Virus record (IMG/VR): IMGVR_UViG_3300022719_000071 | Span: 288,001-352,000 of that record | Strand: one strand, 5' to 3' | From: a virus | Taxonomy: Duplodnaviria; Caudoviricetes | DNA: 64,000 nt | Part shown: piece by piece, positions 38,091 through 47,251 of the stretch | Layout: each line of letters opens with the position of its first letter | Numbering within the stretch: position 1 is the first letter of the stretch | The notes under the pieces: model-generated | What the model was told of the DNA's origin: nothing | Database searches by the model: none | The model's input: only the letters and a program-made list of their open reading frames with translations | Translations under genes and position numbers: made by a program

Positions 38091-38429
38091 ATGACCATCA
38101 AGGTCTTAGAGTATGAAGGTTTATACACAGCATATCGTCTCATCATACGCCGAGGAGACGATGGGAGACTCTTTGAATCCGTAAAACAGGTAGACATTCC
38201 GTTTCCACCAGTTGAAGGCAACTGGACTGGATGGGCCGAAAAGCTCGATCAAGACCAACTCGAAGTAGCTCTTCAAGTATACTTTGATAAGTGGAACTTC
38301 GGTAGCGGCAGCGATGGAGAACAGGTCATCTATATGGTCCTGTGTGATGAGCAAGAGAAGCGCCGTATACTCGGTGACAAGACTGATGAAATTATCAAGC
38401 CACGCAAAAAGCAACATAAGAAGACATGA
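38091..38429 (+). CDS. YYDxW-family protein 4
   Basis: LEVALQVYFDKWNFGSG. Confidence 0.75.
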   Translation: MTIKVLEYEGLYTAYRLIIRRGDDGRLFESVKQVDIPFPPVEGNWTGWAEKLDQDQLEVALQVYFDKWNFGSGSDGEQVIYMVLCDEQEKRRILGDKTDEIIKPRKKQHKKT

Positions 38430-38749
38430 CATATTCCCCGGGTGATGTGACAGTAGAACACACGGCTGTAGAAGGCTGTTATGTATCATACCAAAAAATC
38501 GGTAAAGAACGTATTCCAATAAATGTAAGTTTTCCTGAAGAAAACGAGACAGCTCTTCATTGGGTTATGGAATTGGGAGATAGTGAACTGGAAGCTGCTA
38601 TTCAAATATGCTATGATGCTTGGAATTTTCAAGAAAGTATGCCACGCTGTCGGGAGTTATTTGAGGCTGCGATCTACGAGAGGGACCGTAGGTCTCTCCA
38701 TCCCATTTTACGTATGCACCGGGGGTATTCCTTGGTTCTCTTCGAGTAG
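38426..38749 (+). CDS. YYDxW-family protein 5
   Basis: LEAAIQICYDAWNFQES. Confidence 0.75.
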   Translation: MTYSPGDVTVEHTAVEGCYVSYQKIGKERIPINVSFPEENETALHWVMELGDSELEAAIQICYDAWNFQESMPRCRELFEAAIYERDRRSLHPILRMHRGYSLVLFE

Positions 38750-38764
38750 AAGATGATAGAATGA

Positions 38765-39226
38765 TTGCCGATGGAAGCATATCTCACCGGATATCGAATG
38801 ATGGTCTTTGCAATGCTGAATGATCCAGAGAAAATTGCGTTTAAGATACTTGAGAGAGTTATCAGTCATGATTGCGTGACCCAAACCCTCATGGATGATT
38901 CTTTTGGCGATGTCCACGTGGAGCATATCGAAGGCATGGTCTATCGTGCTTGGGTTGAAACAAAGAACGGAGCTAGAGAAGTACACGTTCCCAGGTATCG
39001 TGATAAGCCAAACAATATGCCTATTGCGAAATGGGCAAACAAGATGTCCTTCGAGGAGTTGGAAGTTGCTACCCAAGTGTACTATGATATCTGGAATTTT
39101 CAAGATGGTGCACCATTGTACAGAGAAATGCACGAAGCTTTCGATGATGCATTGAAACGTAAGCGTAGGGGGGAATATTGGTCAGATGAGACTGGTAACG
39201 GACACCATGTTGCTTCAAGTTTTTGA
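38765..39226 (+). CDS. YYDxW-family protein 6
   Basis: LEVATQVYYDIWNFQDG. Confidence 0.75.
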   Translation: MPMEAYLTGYRMMVFAMLNDPEKIAFKILERVISHDCVTQTLMDDSFGDVHVEHIEGMVYRAWVETKNGAREVHVPRYRDKPNNMPIAKWANKMSFEELEVATQVYYDIWNFQDGAPLYREMHEAFDDALKRKRRGEYWSDETGNGHHVASSF

Positions 39227-39383
39227 TGGTAAACGTTGGGTGGATATGGATGTGCCTCATACTGCTGGTATTGGTAACGATGGTACACCACACGTAGAAT
39301 TTGAATTGGAGAAAAGTACGCTACAGGTGGTCCCAGAAGGATTCTGTTTTAGATATGACGGACATCATCTTAAAAAAGATTGA
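39186..39383 (+). CDS. hypothetical protein
   Basis: 65-aa ORF within the array, lacks the motif. Confidence 0.5.
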   Translation: MRLVTDTMLLQVFDGKRWVDMDVPHTAGIGNDGTPHVEFELEKSTLQVVPEGFCFRYDGHHLKKD

Positions 39384-39654
39384 CGGGAAGACCCGTGCTT
39401 TCAAAGAAAAGCGTGAAATACCCATCCCTCAAGACCCCAAAGGGTCGGTATGTTTGAGTATTTGGTGCTCTACCATGAACAATGAAGTGGTGGAGGCAGC
39501 CAAAATTTTCTACTATGATCGATGGTTATGGGAGTCCGGTAATCCCCGAGATGAAGAGTTAGCAAATTTTCTTGACAAAGTAGATGCATGGCGCAAACAC
39601 ATGCGATTGCATCCAGAAGAGGACCAGGGCAGAGAAATCCTGAATTTCCTGTAG
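39355..39654 (+). CDS. YYDxW-family protein 7
   Basis: VEAAKIFYYDRWLWESG; start probably MTDIIL. Confidence 0.7.
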   Translation: MTDIILKKIDGKTRAFKEKREIPIPQDPKGSVCLSIWCSTMNNEVVEAAKIFYYDRWLWESGNPRDEELANFLDKVDAWRKHMRLHPEEDQGREILNFL

Positions 39655-39721
39655 ATCTAATCAATGACGCATAACTCCTGGTCGTCGGTAAATAGAAATA
39701 TAACCGACTTGGAGTTAAGAC

Positions 39722-41899
39722 ATGTCATCTTTCAAGCATTTAGTTGATTCCGTGATGAAACACGGCGATACCGTCATTGGCGAAAAGTCCCCACCTGGAT
39801 TCAAGGGGACCGTTAAGGGCATGAAGGATGAGGGAGATATCGACAATCCGTATGCCTTGGCATGGTGGATGAAGAACAAGGGTTACAAGAGCCACAAGAA
39901 GTCTTCTGGTGCCAACAAGAATGAGTCCATTCGTGTGTGGCATCCCACTCATGGTCAAGGCGTTGTGAAAGAGATTTCCGAATCCTATATCAACATCTCC
40001 TGGGACAATCTACAGAATCGTATGACTGCGCCGACTGTTCTTCCTTTCTCAGACGCTAAATACCTCACGTTTGTTCATGAAGAATACTCCAACAATCCAT
40101 CTGACGTTGATTACGACGATGATAAGGATGCTGGAGAAAAGAAGCGTAAGCACAAGAAGAGAAAGCGCATGAAGGAAAGCAAGAAGAAGCTTGATGAAGG
40201 CATGGTAGCAATCGGCATGGCTGGTATTGGTGGTACGCACCGCTCAAGCATAGCGGACGATTTAGATCTGGGCCATCTGACTCTAGCAGACCTAATGCTA
40301 GAGGAAGAAGACAACGAAGATAGCGATGACCGTGATAGCAAGCCAGATTGGGATCGTGGTAAGCGTTCGCATGACTCTTCTGATAAAAGTGAACTACGCA
40401 AGTCTTCAGATAAGGGTTCCGACTATGTGAACGTTCCACGTCCAGCAGACTCGGTTCTGACCAATCAGGAAGACCAGCCAAAGTATCATCCTGAGCCTTT
40501 GTCAACCATGGCTGGATATGATGAAGCTCACGACGAGATGGAGCCTGATGGTGATTACGGAGAAGACCTACTTCCTGTTGATGCACCAGAAGTTCCCAAG
40601 GTTCGTGACATGGAAGATTCCGGTACAAGACACAACACACGTAAGTCTGGTGAGGGTGAAGACACTAACGAGGCTGACGACAAGAACATCGATTTAGAGG
40701 GCGACAAGCCTGAAGATGAGGACAATCAAATGAAGAAGTACGAAAGCAAAAATTTCGACCTGGATGCATCTGATCTCGGGCTTACTGAAATGGAGCATGG
40801 CGAAAGCATGAGCGGTTATGGCGAAGGCGAAGGCGAAGGATACATGGATATGCGAGAGCATGAGATGGGTGCTGGTGAGATCGCATTCACTAAGGAGTTT
40901 CTAGGAAAGCTATGTTCCGCATTGTCATCGCAGTCCCCAGACGACGACAAGTGCAAGGCACTATGTGACGGTCTCGCTGCTGCTCAGCAGGAAAAGGGTG
41001 ACATGGCTCTAGACGTAGCCGATTGGGATAACGTCAAGGCTAAGGCTGCCGAGGCATACAGCAATGGTTACGATGGCATGGAAGGCAAGGACTACGCTGA
41101 AGAAGGCATGAAAGGCGATGACTATGACTATGATGAAGAAGGCATGAAAGGCGACGACTATGACTATGATGAAGAAGGCATGAAAGGCGACGACTACGAC
41201 AACTATGACGACTATGATTATGACTATGATGAGGATCGTGCCGAGGGTGATGGCGAAAAAGCTGGATCCGAAGGTGGCAAGGAGCACGAAGGCAAGATCA
41301 AGATGATGGACCGCAAAAGTGGTTCCAGATATCATGATAAGGGCCGTGAAGATCCAAATCGTGGCAAGGAAACTCGCATGCGCCAGCGTCGTGACAAGCG
41401 TCGTGACAAGCAGGCAGGCAAGTACGCTATGGAAGATGGCTCCGGTACTCCAGTTGGATCTGGTAGCACGTCTGGCCCAGGTGGCGGCAGTACTAAGGAT
41501 CTAAGCAAGCCTAAGAACTACAAGGGCACTGCTGTTGGTACTCAGACTGGTTCCGGTCCTGGTGGCGGAAGCACTTCAAACGATGGCCAGAAGCCAACGA
41601 AGGATGGTGGAAGCAACCTAGTTCCTGCCAACGATAAGGGTAATCAGCTTGGTGCGGCAGAGAATCCATTCTCCAAGGGTAAGCCAAACCCACGCAACCA
41701 GAAGGCTCTAGCTGCTGAAGCTCGCAAGCGCAAATCCAGTAAAAAGAAGCTGGATGAGGCAATCATGCTTGGTATGAGTTCCATTCCACACATCGGTGGC
41801 GGTGGACGTGATGCCAAGATTCCAGATGATGCCTTCGATGACGACGATGAGTTGAAGATGATCAAGCGTCGTGCTGGTATGGACAACTGGTGGAAGTAA
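39722..41899 (+). CDS. acidic low-complexity putative head/scaffold protein
   Basis: TAAATA 39689; PPGFKGTV...DNPYALAWWMKNKG; two KKKLDE motifs; C-terminal ELKMIKRRAG. Confidence 0.7.
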   Translation: MSSFKHLVDSVMKHGDTVIGEKSPPGFKGTVKGMKDEGDIDNPYALAWWMKNKGYKSHKKSSGANKNESIRVWHPTHGQGVVKEISESYINISWDNLQNRMTAPTVLPFSDAKYLTFVHEEYSNNPSDVDYDDDKDAGEKKRKHKKRKRMKESKKKLDEGMVAIGMAGIGGTHRSSIADDLDLGHLTLADLMLEEEDNEDSDDRDSKPDWDRGKRSHDSSDKSELRKSSDKGSDYVNVPRPADSVLTNQEDQPKYHPEPLSTMAGYDEAHDEMEPDGDYGEDLLPVDAPEVPKVRDMEDSGTRHNTRKSGEGEDTNEADDKNIDLEGDKPEDEDNQMKKYESKNFDLDASDLGLTEMEHGESMSGYGEGEGEGYMDMREHEMGAGEIAFTKEFLGKLCSALSSQSPDDDKCKALCDGLAAAQQEKGDMALDVADWDNVKAKAAEAYSNGYDGMEGKDYAEEGMKGDDYDYDEEGMKGDDYDYDEEGMKGDDYDNYDDYDYDYDEDRAEGDGEKAGSEGGKEHEGKIKMMDRKSGSRYHDKGREDPNRGKETRMRQRRDKRRDKQAGKYAMEDGSGTPVGSGSTSGPGGGSTKDLSKPKNYKGTAVGTQTGSGPGGGSTSNDGQKPTKDGGSNLVPANDKGNQLGAAENPFSKGKPNPRNQKALAAEARKRKSSKKKLDEAIMLGMSSIPHIGGGGRDAKIPDDAFDDDDELKMIKRRAGMDNWWK
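41099..41206 (+). repeat. 3 x 36-nt in-frame tandem repeat (EEGMKGDDYDYD)
   Basis: gaagaaggcatgaaaggcga(c/t)gacta(t/c)gac... repeated three times. Confidence 0.9.
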
Positions 41900-41925
41900 C
41901 ACTATATTCAGCTTAGGCTGAAAGC

Positions 41926-41956
41926 AGAAAGGGGGCCGATGGCCCTCTTTCTTTTT
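41926..41956 (+). terminator. intrinsic terminator
   Basis: AGAAAGGGGGCC-gat-GGCCCTCTTTCT then TTTT. Confidence 0.75.
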
Positions 41957-41966
41957 GGAGACCTGA

Positions 41967-42626
41967 ATGTTACCTAATCAAGTTCGTGAAATCATCGGTG
42001 AGCCACCATACATGACGGTAAGCGATGCTGAGCTTATTTTCAAGCTGATGAACAATGCTAATCCCAAGCCACGCTCTGTACTTGAGTTAGGCTTCATGTG
42101 TGGCACTAGCACATGCTATTACGCTGGCATGATGGAAGAGCTTGGTGGAGAAGTAACATCAATCGATGTTGAAGAGTCCGCAGAATATGATCCACTGTCG
42201 GAAGACCAACTGGGAAAGATTGGTCTGCGTGACAAGGTAACCATCTACCGAGAGCCCCGTTGCTATACTTGGAGGCTGATGAAGTTCCTACGCAAGCCTA
42301 TTCGTCCAGTGTTCGATTGGGTGCACATCGACGGAGCACATAAATGGACCGAGGATACTGCTGCTGTTTCTCTGGTTGAAAAGCTAATGCCGATTGGTGG
42401 ATACCTGCTGGTTGATAACATCAATTTCTCGTTTGGCAACTCCGCTCGAAACCCAAAACGCATCGCTCGTTGTGCTGCCAAGTACACGGAAGAAGAGATG
42501 ATGACTCAACAGATGCGAGCGGTGTGGGAGCTAGTCGTCCAGGAACATCCTAACTTCGGTGAGTTCAAAGAGTATGACGTTCAGGATGGTTGGGGATACG
42601 GTATAGCCAAGAAGGTTAGCCAGTAA
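41967..42626 (+). CDS. class I SAM-dependent methyltransferase (Methyltransf_24-like)
   Basis: VLELGFMCGTST, SIDV, DWVHIDGAH, VDN. Confidence 0.85.
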   Translation: MLPNQVREIIGEPPYMTVSDAELIFKLMNNANPKPRSVLELGFMCGTSTCYYAGMMEELGGEVTSIDVEESAEYDPLSEDQLGKIGLRDKVTIYREPRCYTWRLMKFLRKPIRPVFDWVHIDGAHKWTEDTAAVSLVEKLMPIGGYLLVDNINFSFGNSARNPKRIARCAAKYTEEEMMTQQMRAVWELVVQEHPNFGEFKEYDVQDGWGYGIAKKVSQ

Positions 42627-42851
42627 TCACCAACCCATGTCCTCTTCCTTGCCTTCATAGTACCCTCGTCTATAGGCAACATTCATACAGTTCCAGCAAG
42701 GATGAAACTCCAGTACGATACCTTTCTAGGGCACTTCCTGGATGTTCACACACAGTTCTTCGCCGCATGAGCATACCATGATAAACTTGGTAGCTATGTC
42801 GTCTTCTGTATCCAGGATCAGCGAGTTACCGAGAACTCTGTCAGAAGCCAT
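42627..42851 (-). pseudogene. small Cys-motif protein interrupted by one in-frame TAG (42726-28)
   Basis: MASDRV...MVCSCGEEL...EVP*KGIVLEFHPCWNCMNVAYRRGYYEGKEEDMGW; extended frame ends flush with the convergent gene. Confidence 0.55.
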
Positions 42852-43311
42852 CTCTGATTGTTCGTCCTGGAAGGTAGCAGAAAAGGAACTGTCTCTTCCA
42901 AAGCTCGTTGGCATCGGTGAATTGAAATTCACCGTCAGCACGAGACGAGTTGCGGCGGTACACGTCATTGACCATGCGGACCACATCAACGTAGATATGG
43001 TGCTTAGGCTTCTCTCTCTCATATTTTTCTCTCAGAAAATCCAACTGTTCTTCCAGGGAAATCCCTTCGTCACGGTCTTCCATTGTCGTAACAGCAAGTT
43101 TGGCTTTTAGATTACAGACAGATATCCTCTTATCATCCTTGAAATGCTCCAAGAATTTCGCACGTATTTTGGGATTGGACAGGTCGAAAGATTGCTTCTT
43201 TAGAACATTGCCCTCTTTGAGATGGAAGGTGATTGGTGCCGCTCCTGAATTAGTCGCAACCAACATCAGGAGAACCATGAGCATGTAACAGGAGCGGCAC
43301 CAATCTTTCAT
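42841..43311 (-). CDS. hypothetical protein with signal-peptide-like N-terminus
   Basis: MKDWCRSCYMLMVLLMLVATNSGAAP. Confidence 0.65.
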   Translation of the reverse strand: MKDWCRSCYMLMVLLMLVATNSGAAPITFHLKEGNVLKKQSFDLSNPKIRAKFLEHFKDDKRISVCNLKAKLAVTTMEDRDEGISLEEQLDFLREKYEREKPKHHIYVDVVRMVNDVYRRNSSRADGEFQFTDANELWKRQFLFCYLPGRTIRDGF

Positions 43312-43339
43312 TGCACTGAACCTCATTTGTACTTACAGA

Positions 43340-44488
43340 TTACTCCTTTTTGCCAAGCGCATGAGCCATGACTTCGGCAACCTGGAGGGCGCTCTGCTTG
43401 CGTTCCCGGTTCTTGCCCAGCCAGGACGACTGAATGCGGGTGTCGTCGTTGTGACCGAAGGCGTGGTCGAAGGCGTGCACCACGGTGTTGTAGTAGCCCC
43501 AGGCAGTCCCACGGCACGAGGACAGGTCCGAGCCAGGGTAATCGTCCACGAGGTCAGCAGCACGCTTCACAACACGGTTGGCGTCGGAGGCGTTGGACAG
43601 TTCGTTCAGCGACTTGGGCAGCGGCATCTTGTCCAGCTTGCGCTTGGCGATGAGTTCCGGGTTGAAGACCTGGACCAGATAGTGAACGCCAGCAGCCTCA
43701 TCGAACGTGGTACTCGCCAGAAAGCTTGCCTTCTGCTGGAACTCATCTAGAGCTTTCTCTGCCACGCCAAGAAGCTCCTTGATCTCCTGGATGCGGTCTT
43801 CGTTGAAGTAGCGAGCGTGCGACATGGTATACGTTGCCTTGCCGCCGACACCCTTCAGGCTGATGTTTTGCACCAGGGTGTGACCGCCAGGATAGCGAAC
43901 CGGAGTGAACAGTGCCTTGAGAGCGTGTCCGTAGGCGTGCGACTGAAGCAACAGGAAGTAGCCCCGAATGACTTCACCGTTGGCAAGCTCGAAGCCCTTG
44001 CCAATGTTGGCCATGCCCCAGATGTGCTCTCCACCGCTCAGAGAGCCAGCGGTCTCCATGGTCATGCCTCCCGCCTGCACGAATTCCTGGAAGACCTCGA
44101 AGGCATCGGTGTTCTGGACGGGCTTGTAGCGGTCGCCCATGTAGGGGCTGAGCACACGAAGGTCGGTGGAGCGCACGAGACCATATGACTTGGGGTTCGG
44201 AACCCGCACGATGATCTTACCGCTATCCTCAATGTACTGCGTCTCGTAAAGGTGGGGAAGAACGACACGAATCTGCTCGAACTCCTCCACAGTCATCTCG
44301 ACTTCGATGACGCTGCGAGCCTTGATGACGCTCCAGTCGAGGCCAGCCGCATCCAGAATTCCGGGAACGTCAGAACCAGAGGGAATCTTGTTGCCCAGCT
44401 TCTCCCACGGGGTTCCGACGAGGGAATCGTGCTCTACCTGAGCCATCGTTTCCACTCGATTCGGATCTACTAGTGTTGCTACTGTCAT
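43340..44488 (-). CDS. DUF932-family phage protein
   Basis: PWEKLG...AGLDW...YKPVQN...ETAGSLSGG...LLLQSH...WGYYN; AAGGAG SD. Confidence 0.85.
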   Translation of the reverse strand: MTVATLVDPNRVETMAQVEHDSLVGTPWEKLGNKIPSGSDVPGILDAAGLDWSVIKARSVIEVEMTVEEFEQIRVVLPHLYETQYIEDSGKIIVRVPNPKSYGLVRSTDLRVLSPYMGDRYKPVQNTDAFEVFQEFVQAGGMTMETAGSLSGGEHIWGMANIGKGFELANGEVIRGYFLLLQSHAYGHALKALFTPVRYPGGHTLVQNISLKGVGGKATYTMSHARYFNEDRIQEIKELLGVAEKALDEFQQKASFLASTTFDEAAGVHYLVQVFNPELIAKRKLDKMPLPKSLNELSNASDANRVVKRAADLVDDYPGSDLSSCRGTAWGYYNTVVHAFDHAFGHNDDTRIQSSWLGKNRERKQSALQVAEVMAHALGKKE

Positions 44489-44504
44489 TGTGTGTCTCCT
44501 TTCC

Positions 44505-45026
44505 TTATCGAATTTGGTTCATTTGGTTGCTGCGGAAGATGAATGTGCGGCTGACAGACTTCTGCCCGCCATCGTAAAGGTACAGAAGGATCTGCACGTT
44601 GATCGTTGCAAATCCTCCGTTGTCCATGCGAAGATGCATATTGTATCGGCCATCCAAACCAGGAAGCTCTGCTATCATGACGTTATCGTTCTTGGGAGGA
44701 GAGCCGATTTCGTCTTCGTCACCGGGGGTCAGAAGATCATCCATTTTGCCGTCATTGTCCACGGCGATGCCAGTGATAGAAAGCTGAATGCTCTCGAATG
44801 CAAGAGCACCAGGGTGTTTGATGTTGGTCGTCCTACGAACATCCGTGACCATGCGATAGCTAATGTGGTTCTCGGGTGCCTCACCGCCCAGGCGACGAAA
44901 CGATGAGCTTTCCACAACGAACTCGATGCTGGTTTGACCGTAGGTCCACTCGATGATTTGAGCGACTGCACGGTTGAGTTTTGTTGGTCGAATTTCCATC
45001 GTTCTACGGTACTCTGTTTTCCTCAC
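44505..45026 (-). CDS. hypothetical protein
   Basis: 173-aa ORF co-oriented with DUF932. Confidence 0.7.
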   Translation of the reverse strand: MRKTEYRRTMEIRPTKLNRAVAQIIEWTYGQTSIEFVVESSSFRRLGGEAPENHISYRMVTDVRRTTNIKHPGALAFESIQLSITGIAVDNDGKMDDLLTPGDEDEIGSPPKNDNVMIAELPGLDGRYNMHLRMDNGGFATINVQILLYLYDGGQKSVSRTFIFRSNQMNQIR

Positions 45027-45038
45027 GAAGTCAAGGGT

Positions 45039-45182
45039 TTACGGACATGCTGGAGAAAACAGGATTTCTACGGTAGTGTTGCAGTACCAGGGCTTATCGA
45101 AATCGCTGAATATAGCATGCCCGATAGCCAGTATCAGGATGATTGCGAGGAATAAGAATACTGCTAACAAATCCGAACGCAT
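45039..45182 (-). CDS. small membrane protein (not in ORF track)
   Basis: MRSDLLAVFLFLAIILILAIGHAIF..., GGAG SD, directly after promoter. Confidence 0.5.
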   Translation of the reverse strand: MRSDLLAVFLFLAIILILAIGHAIFSDFDKPWYCNTTVEILFSPACP

Positions 45183-45209
45183 GAGACTGTCTCCAGTTTG
45201 CATGAAGAC

Positions 45210-45238
45210 ATTATGACGGTCGTAACGAAAAAAGTCAA
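45210..45238 (-). promoter_or_regulatory. sigma70-type promoter
   Basis: TTGACT-N17-CATAAT on the minus strand. Confidence 0.7.
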
Positions 45239-45501
45239 GAGTCTAGCAAATTCCTGACGTATTCTCTGTGTTCTTCGTCACAATACACGAAAACGTCAAT
45301 TACACCATTCTCTGTGTAGCAGTTGACTTTAATTCCTGCGTCCACGAATCTTTGGAATTTGAGATGTCCAGGGGAATATTTGGTGCGAGCGTTGTTGGTA
45401 GCCCCCAGCTTGACGCCAGTAACCCTGTCATCGCTCTCAAGCCTCCTGAGCCGTCTATTAGCCTTGGGGCATGCGCTGGTGTGTCTTCCACGTTTGCTCA
45501 T
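45235..45501 (-). CDS. hypothetical protein
   Basis: 88-aa ORF coupled to upstream gene. Confidence 0.7.
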   Translation of the reverse strand: MSKRGRHTSACPKANRRLRRLESDDRVTGVKLGATNNARTKYSPGHLKFQRFVDAGIKVNCYTENGVIDVFVYCDEEHREYVRNLLDS

Positions 45502-45797
45502 GGCAGCCTCAATCTGATGAACTCTGAGCGGACGTACAGCGGACCATCCGCTATACTTACCACGCTGCTAATCTCGGTCACCACCGGTATATCAAATTCT
45601 TGGTAAGAAGTAAACTGAGATTCAGTCAGCTTGATGTATCGTGAGGGATGGATTACAACTTCGTCATCCCGCCCCTTCAGACAGAATGTGTACAAAGTGC
45701 CCTCCACATAGGAATGGCAGAAAAGGCAGACAACTTCGTTATTTATTTCTATTGCATAATATTCATACACGATCTTTATTCCAATTTTCCTCATCAA
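45498..45797 (-). CDS. hypothetical protein
   Basis: 99-aa ORF. Confidence 0.6.
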   Translation of the reverse strand: MMRKIGIKIVYEYYAIEINNEVVCLFCHSYVEGTLYTFCLKGRDDEVVIHPSRYIKLTESQFTSYQEFDIPVVTEISSVVSIADGPLYVRSEFIRLRLP

Positions 45798-45920
45798 AAA
45801 GTGTGGTCTCGGTTCTGCTTAGTTTTGGTGTGTAATAGTCGTACACTTTTTAAATACCTATGCCAGTGGGGGCAGTGCTGCCCCGCACTGCCTCCCCTTT
45901 ATCTAGGAGGCTATAAGAAT

Positions 45921-46640
45921 ATGGCAAAGAGAAACAAGAAGAATCAACAGTCCTTTTCGGAAACTCGACGTAGGGTCGAGGTTTATCCAACCACCGCAGC
46001 ACAGCGAGCATACGTTCACGCAATCAAAAACAATGATATCACATTCGGAGTCGGCCCAGCAGGTACAGGAAAGACCTTTATGGCAGCTTTGATGGCGATG
46101 TACTATCAGACCGAAGGTTTGGTGGACCGCATTGTTATTGCTCGCCCAGCGGTCAATGCGGGTGGGGAGGACATCGGTTTCCTACCTGGTGGTATACAAT
46201 CGAAGATGGACCCATACGTCCGACCAATCTTTGATGCGTTCCGTACCTATTGGTCTCAACAGACCATTCAGGATCTAATGGCACGTGGTATCATCGAAAT
46301 TGTCCCATTGGCATTCATGCGTGGCAGAACGTTCCGAAACACATTCATTGTTGCGGATGAGATGCAAAACGCCACTCCCGATAATCTACTGATGTTACTC
46401 ACTCGCTTGGGTGAGGACTCGAAGATGGTTGTGACTGGTGACCCCGTGCAGTCTGACATCAATGGTCACTCCTGCTTTAGAATGGCGCAGAGTTCCTTAC
46501 GCCTTGTTGATGAGGTAAAGTTCGTCACCTTTACCAATTCTGATATTGTGCGTCATCCTACGGTGGAGAAGATCCTAAGTGTTTGGCAGTTCGGCAAAAA
46601 CAATAACGGGGCTGAGGCTATCGCCGTTGCAGTAGCATAA
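45921..46640 (+). CDS. phoH: PhoH-family ATPase
   Basis: GPAGTGKT, RPAV, LGFLPG-like IGFLPG, FMRGRTF, DEMQN, LTRLG, GDPVQSD; AGGAGG SD before MAKRNK. Confidence 0.95.
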   Translation: MAKRNKKNQQSFSETRRRVEVYPTTAAQRAYVHAIKNNDITFGVGPAGTGKTFMAALMAMYYQTEGLVDRIVIARPAVNAGGEDIGFLPGGIQSKMDPYVRPIFDAFRTYWSQQTIQDLMARGIIEIVPLAFMRGRTFRNTFIVADEMQNATPDNLLMLLTRLGEDSKMVVTGDPVQSDINGHSCFRMAQSSLRLVDEVKFVTFTNSDIVRHPTVEKILSVWQFGKNNNGAEAIAVAVA

Positions 46641-46672
46641 GGTGATGCTCACATAACGCATTTCGGTGCGAT

Positions 46673-46698
46673 AAAGGGGGCCTAAGCCCCCTTTTTCT
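46673..46698. terminator. bidirectional terminator between convergent genes
   Basis: AAAGGGGGC-ctaa-GCCCCCTTTTT. Confidence 0.75.
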
Positions 46699-47203
46699 TT
46701 AGTAATTCGTGATCATGTTTTGTTAGTCCCCTATATCGATTACTGCATACTTCAGTGATTATGCATACCGTGAGGAGAAAACAAAATCCTCCCCCGGTAA
46801 GGATAGTTATGAATATTCCAACCCAATGATTGATTAGTGCATCGGCATTCTGCCAACCAATACCAGTGAACATTATCACAATTCCCCACAGCAAGGCTGG
46901 AATCGCAAATATAGTCAGCAACTCGTAAAAGAATTCGCTATCGTAGCTTGATATCTTGCCACTGATATTTCTATAGGATACTTTCAGTTTTGGGAGGGAT
47001 TTGAAAGTCAGAAGCATATCAAAGTCAGAAGCATCGATGTTTTTAAATCGATACCACTTGCGAACTTGACCATTCGGCATGTGTATCCAATGATACCCTT
47101 TGTTATCGAAAGTTTTGGACCGGTCGATTACAACAATACCGACTTGCTCTTCAGACTCATCACTGAGCACTAATCGATGTTCTTTCTTTTCTGAATCGTT
47201 CAT
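46682..47203 (-). CDS. membrane protein
   Basis: Two C-terminal hydrophobic helices. Confidence 0.65.
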   Translation of the reverse strand: MNDSEKKEHRLVLSDESEEQVGIVVIDRSKTFDNKGYHWIHMPNGQVRKWYRFKNIDASDFDMLLTFKSLPKLKVSYRNISGKISSYDSEFFYELLTIFAIPALLWGIVIMFTGIGWQNADALINHWVGIFITILTGGGFCFLLTVCIITEVCSNRYRGLTKHDHELLKKKGA

Positions 47204-47220
47204 ATGGATGTTGAAGCTTA

Positions 47221-47239
47221 GGGGGAGCTAGGCTCCCCC
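47221..47239 (-). terminator. hairpin downstream of nadV
   Basis: GGGGGAGC-tag-GCTCCCCC. Confidence 0.55.
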
Positions 47240-47251
47240 GTCCATTACGGC

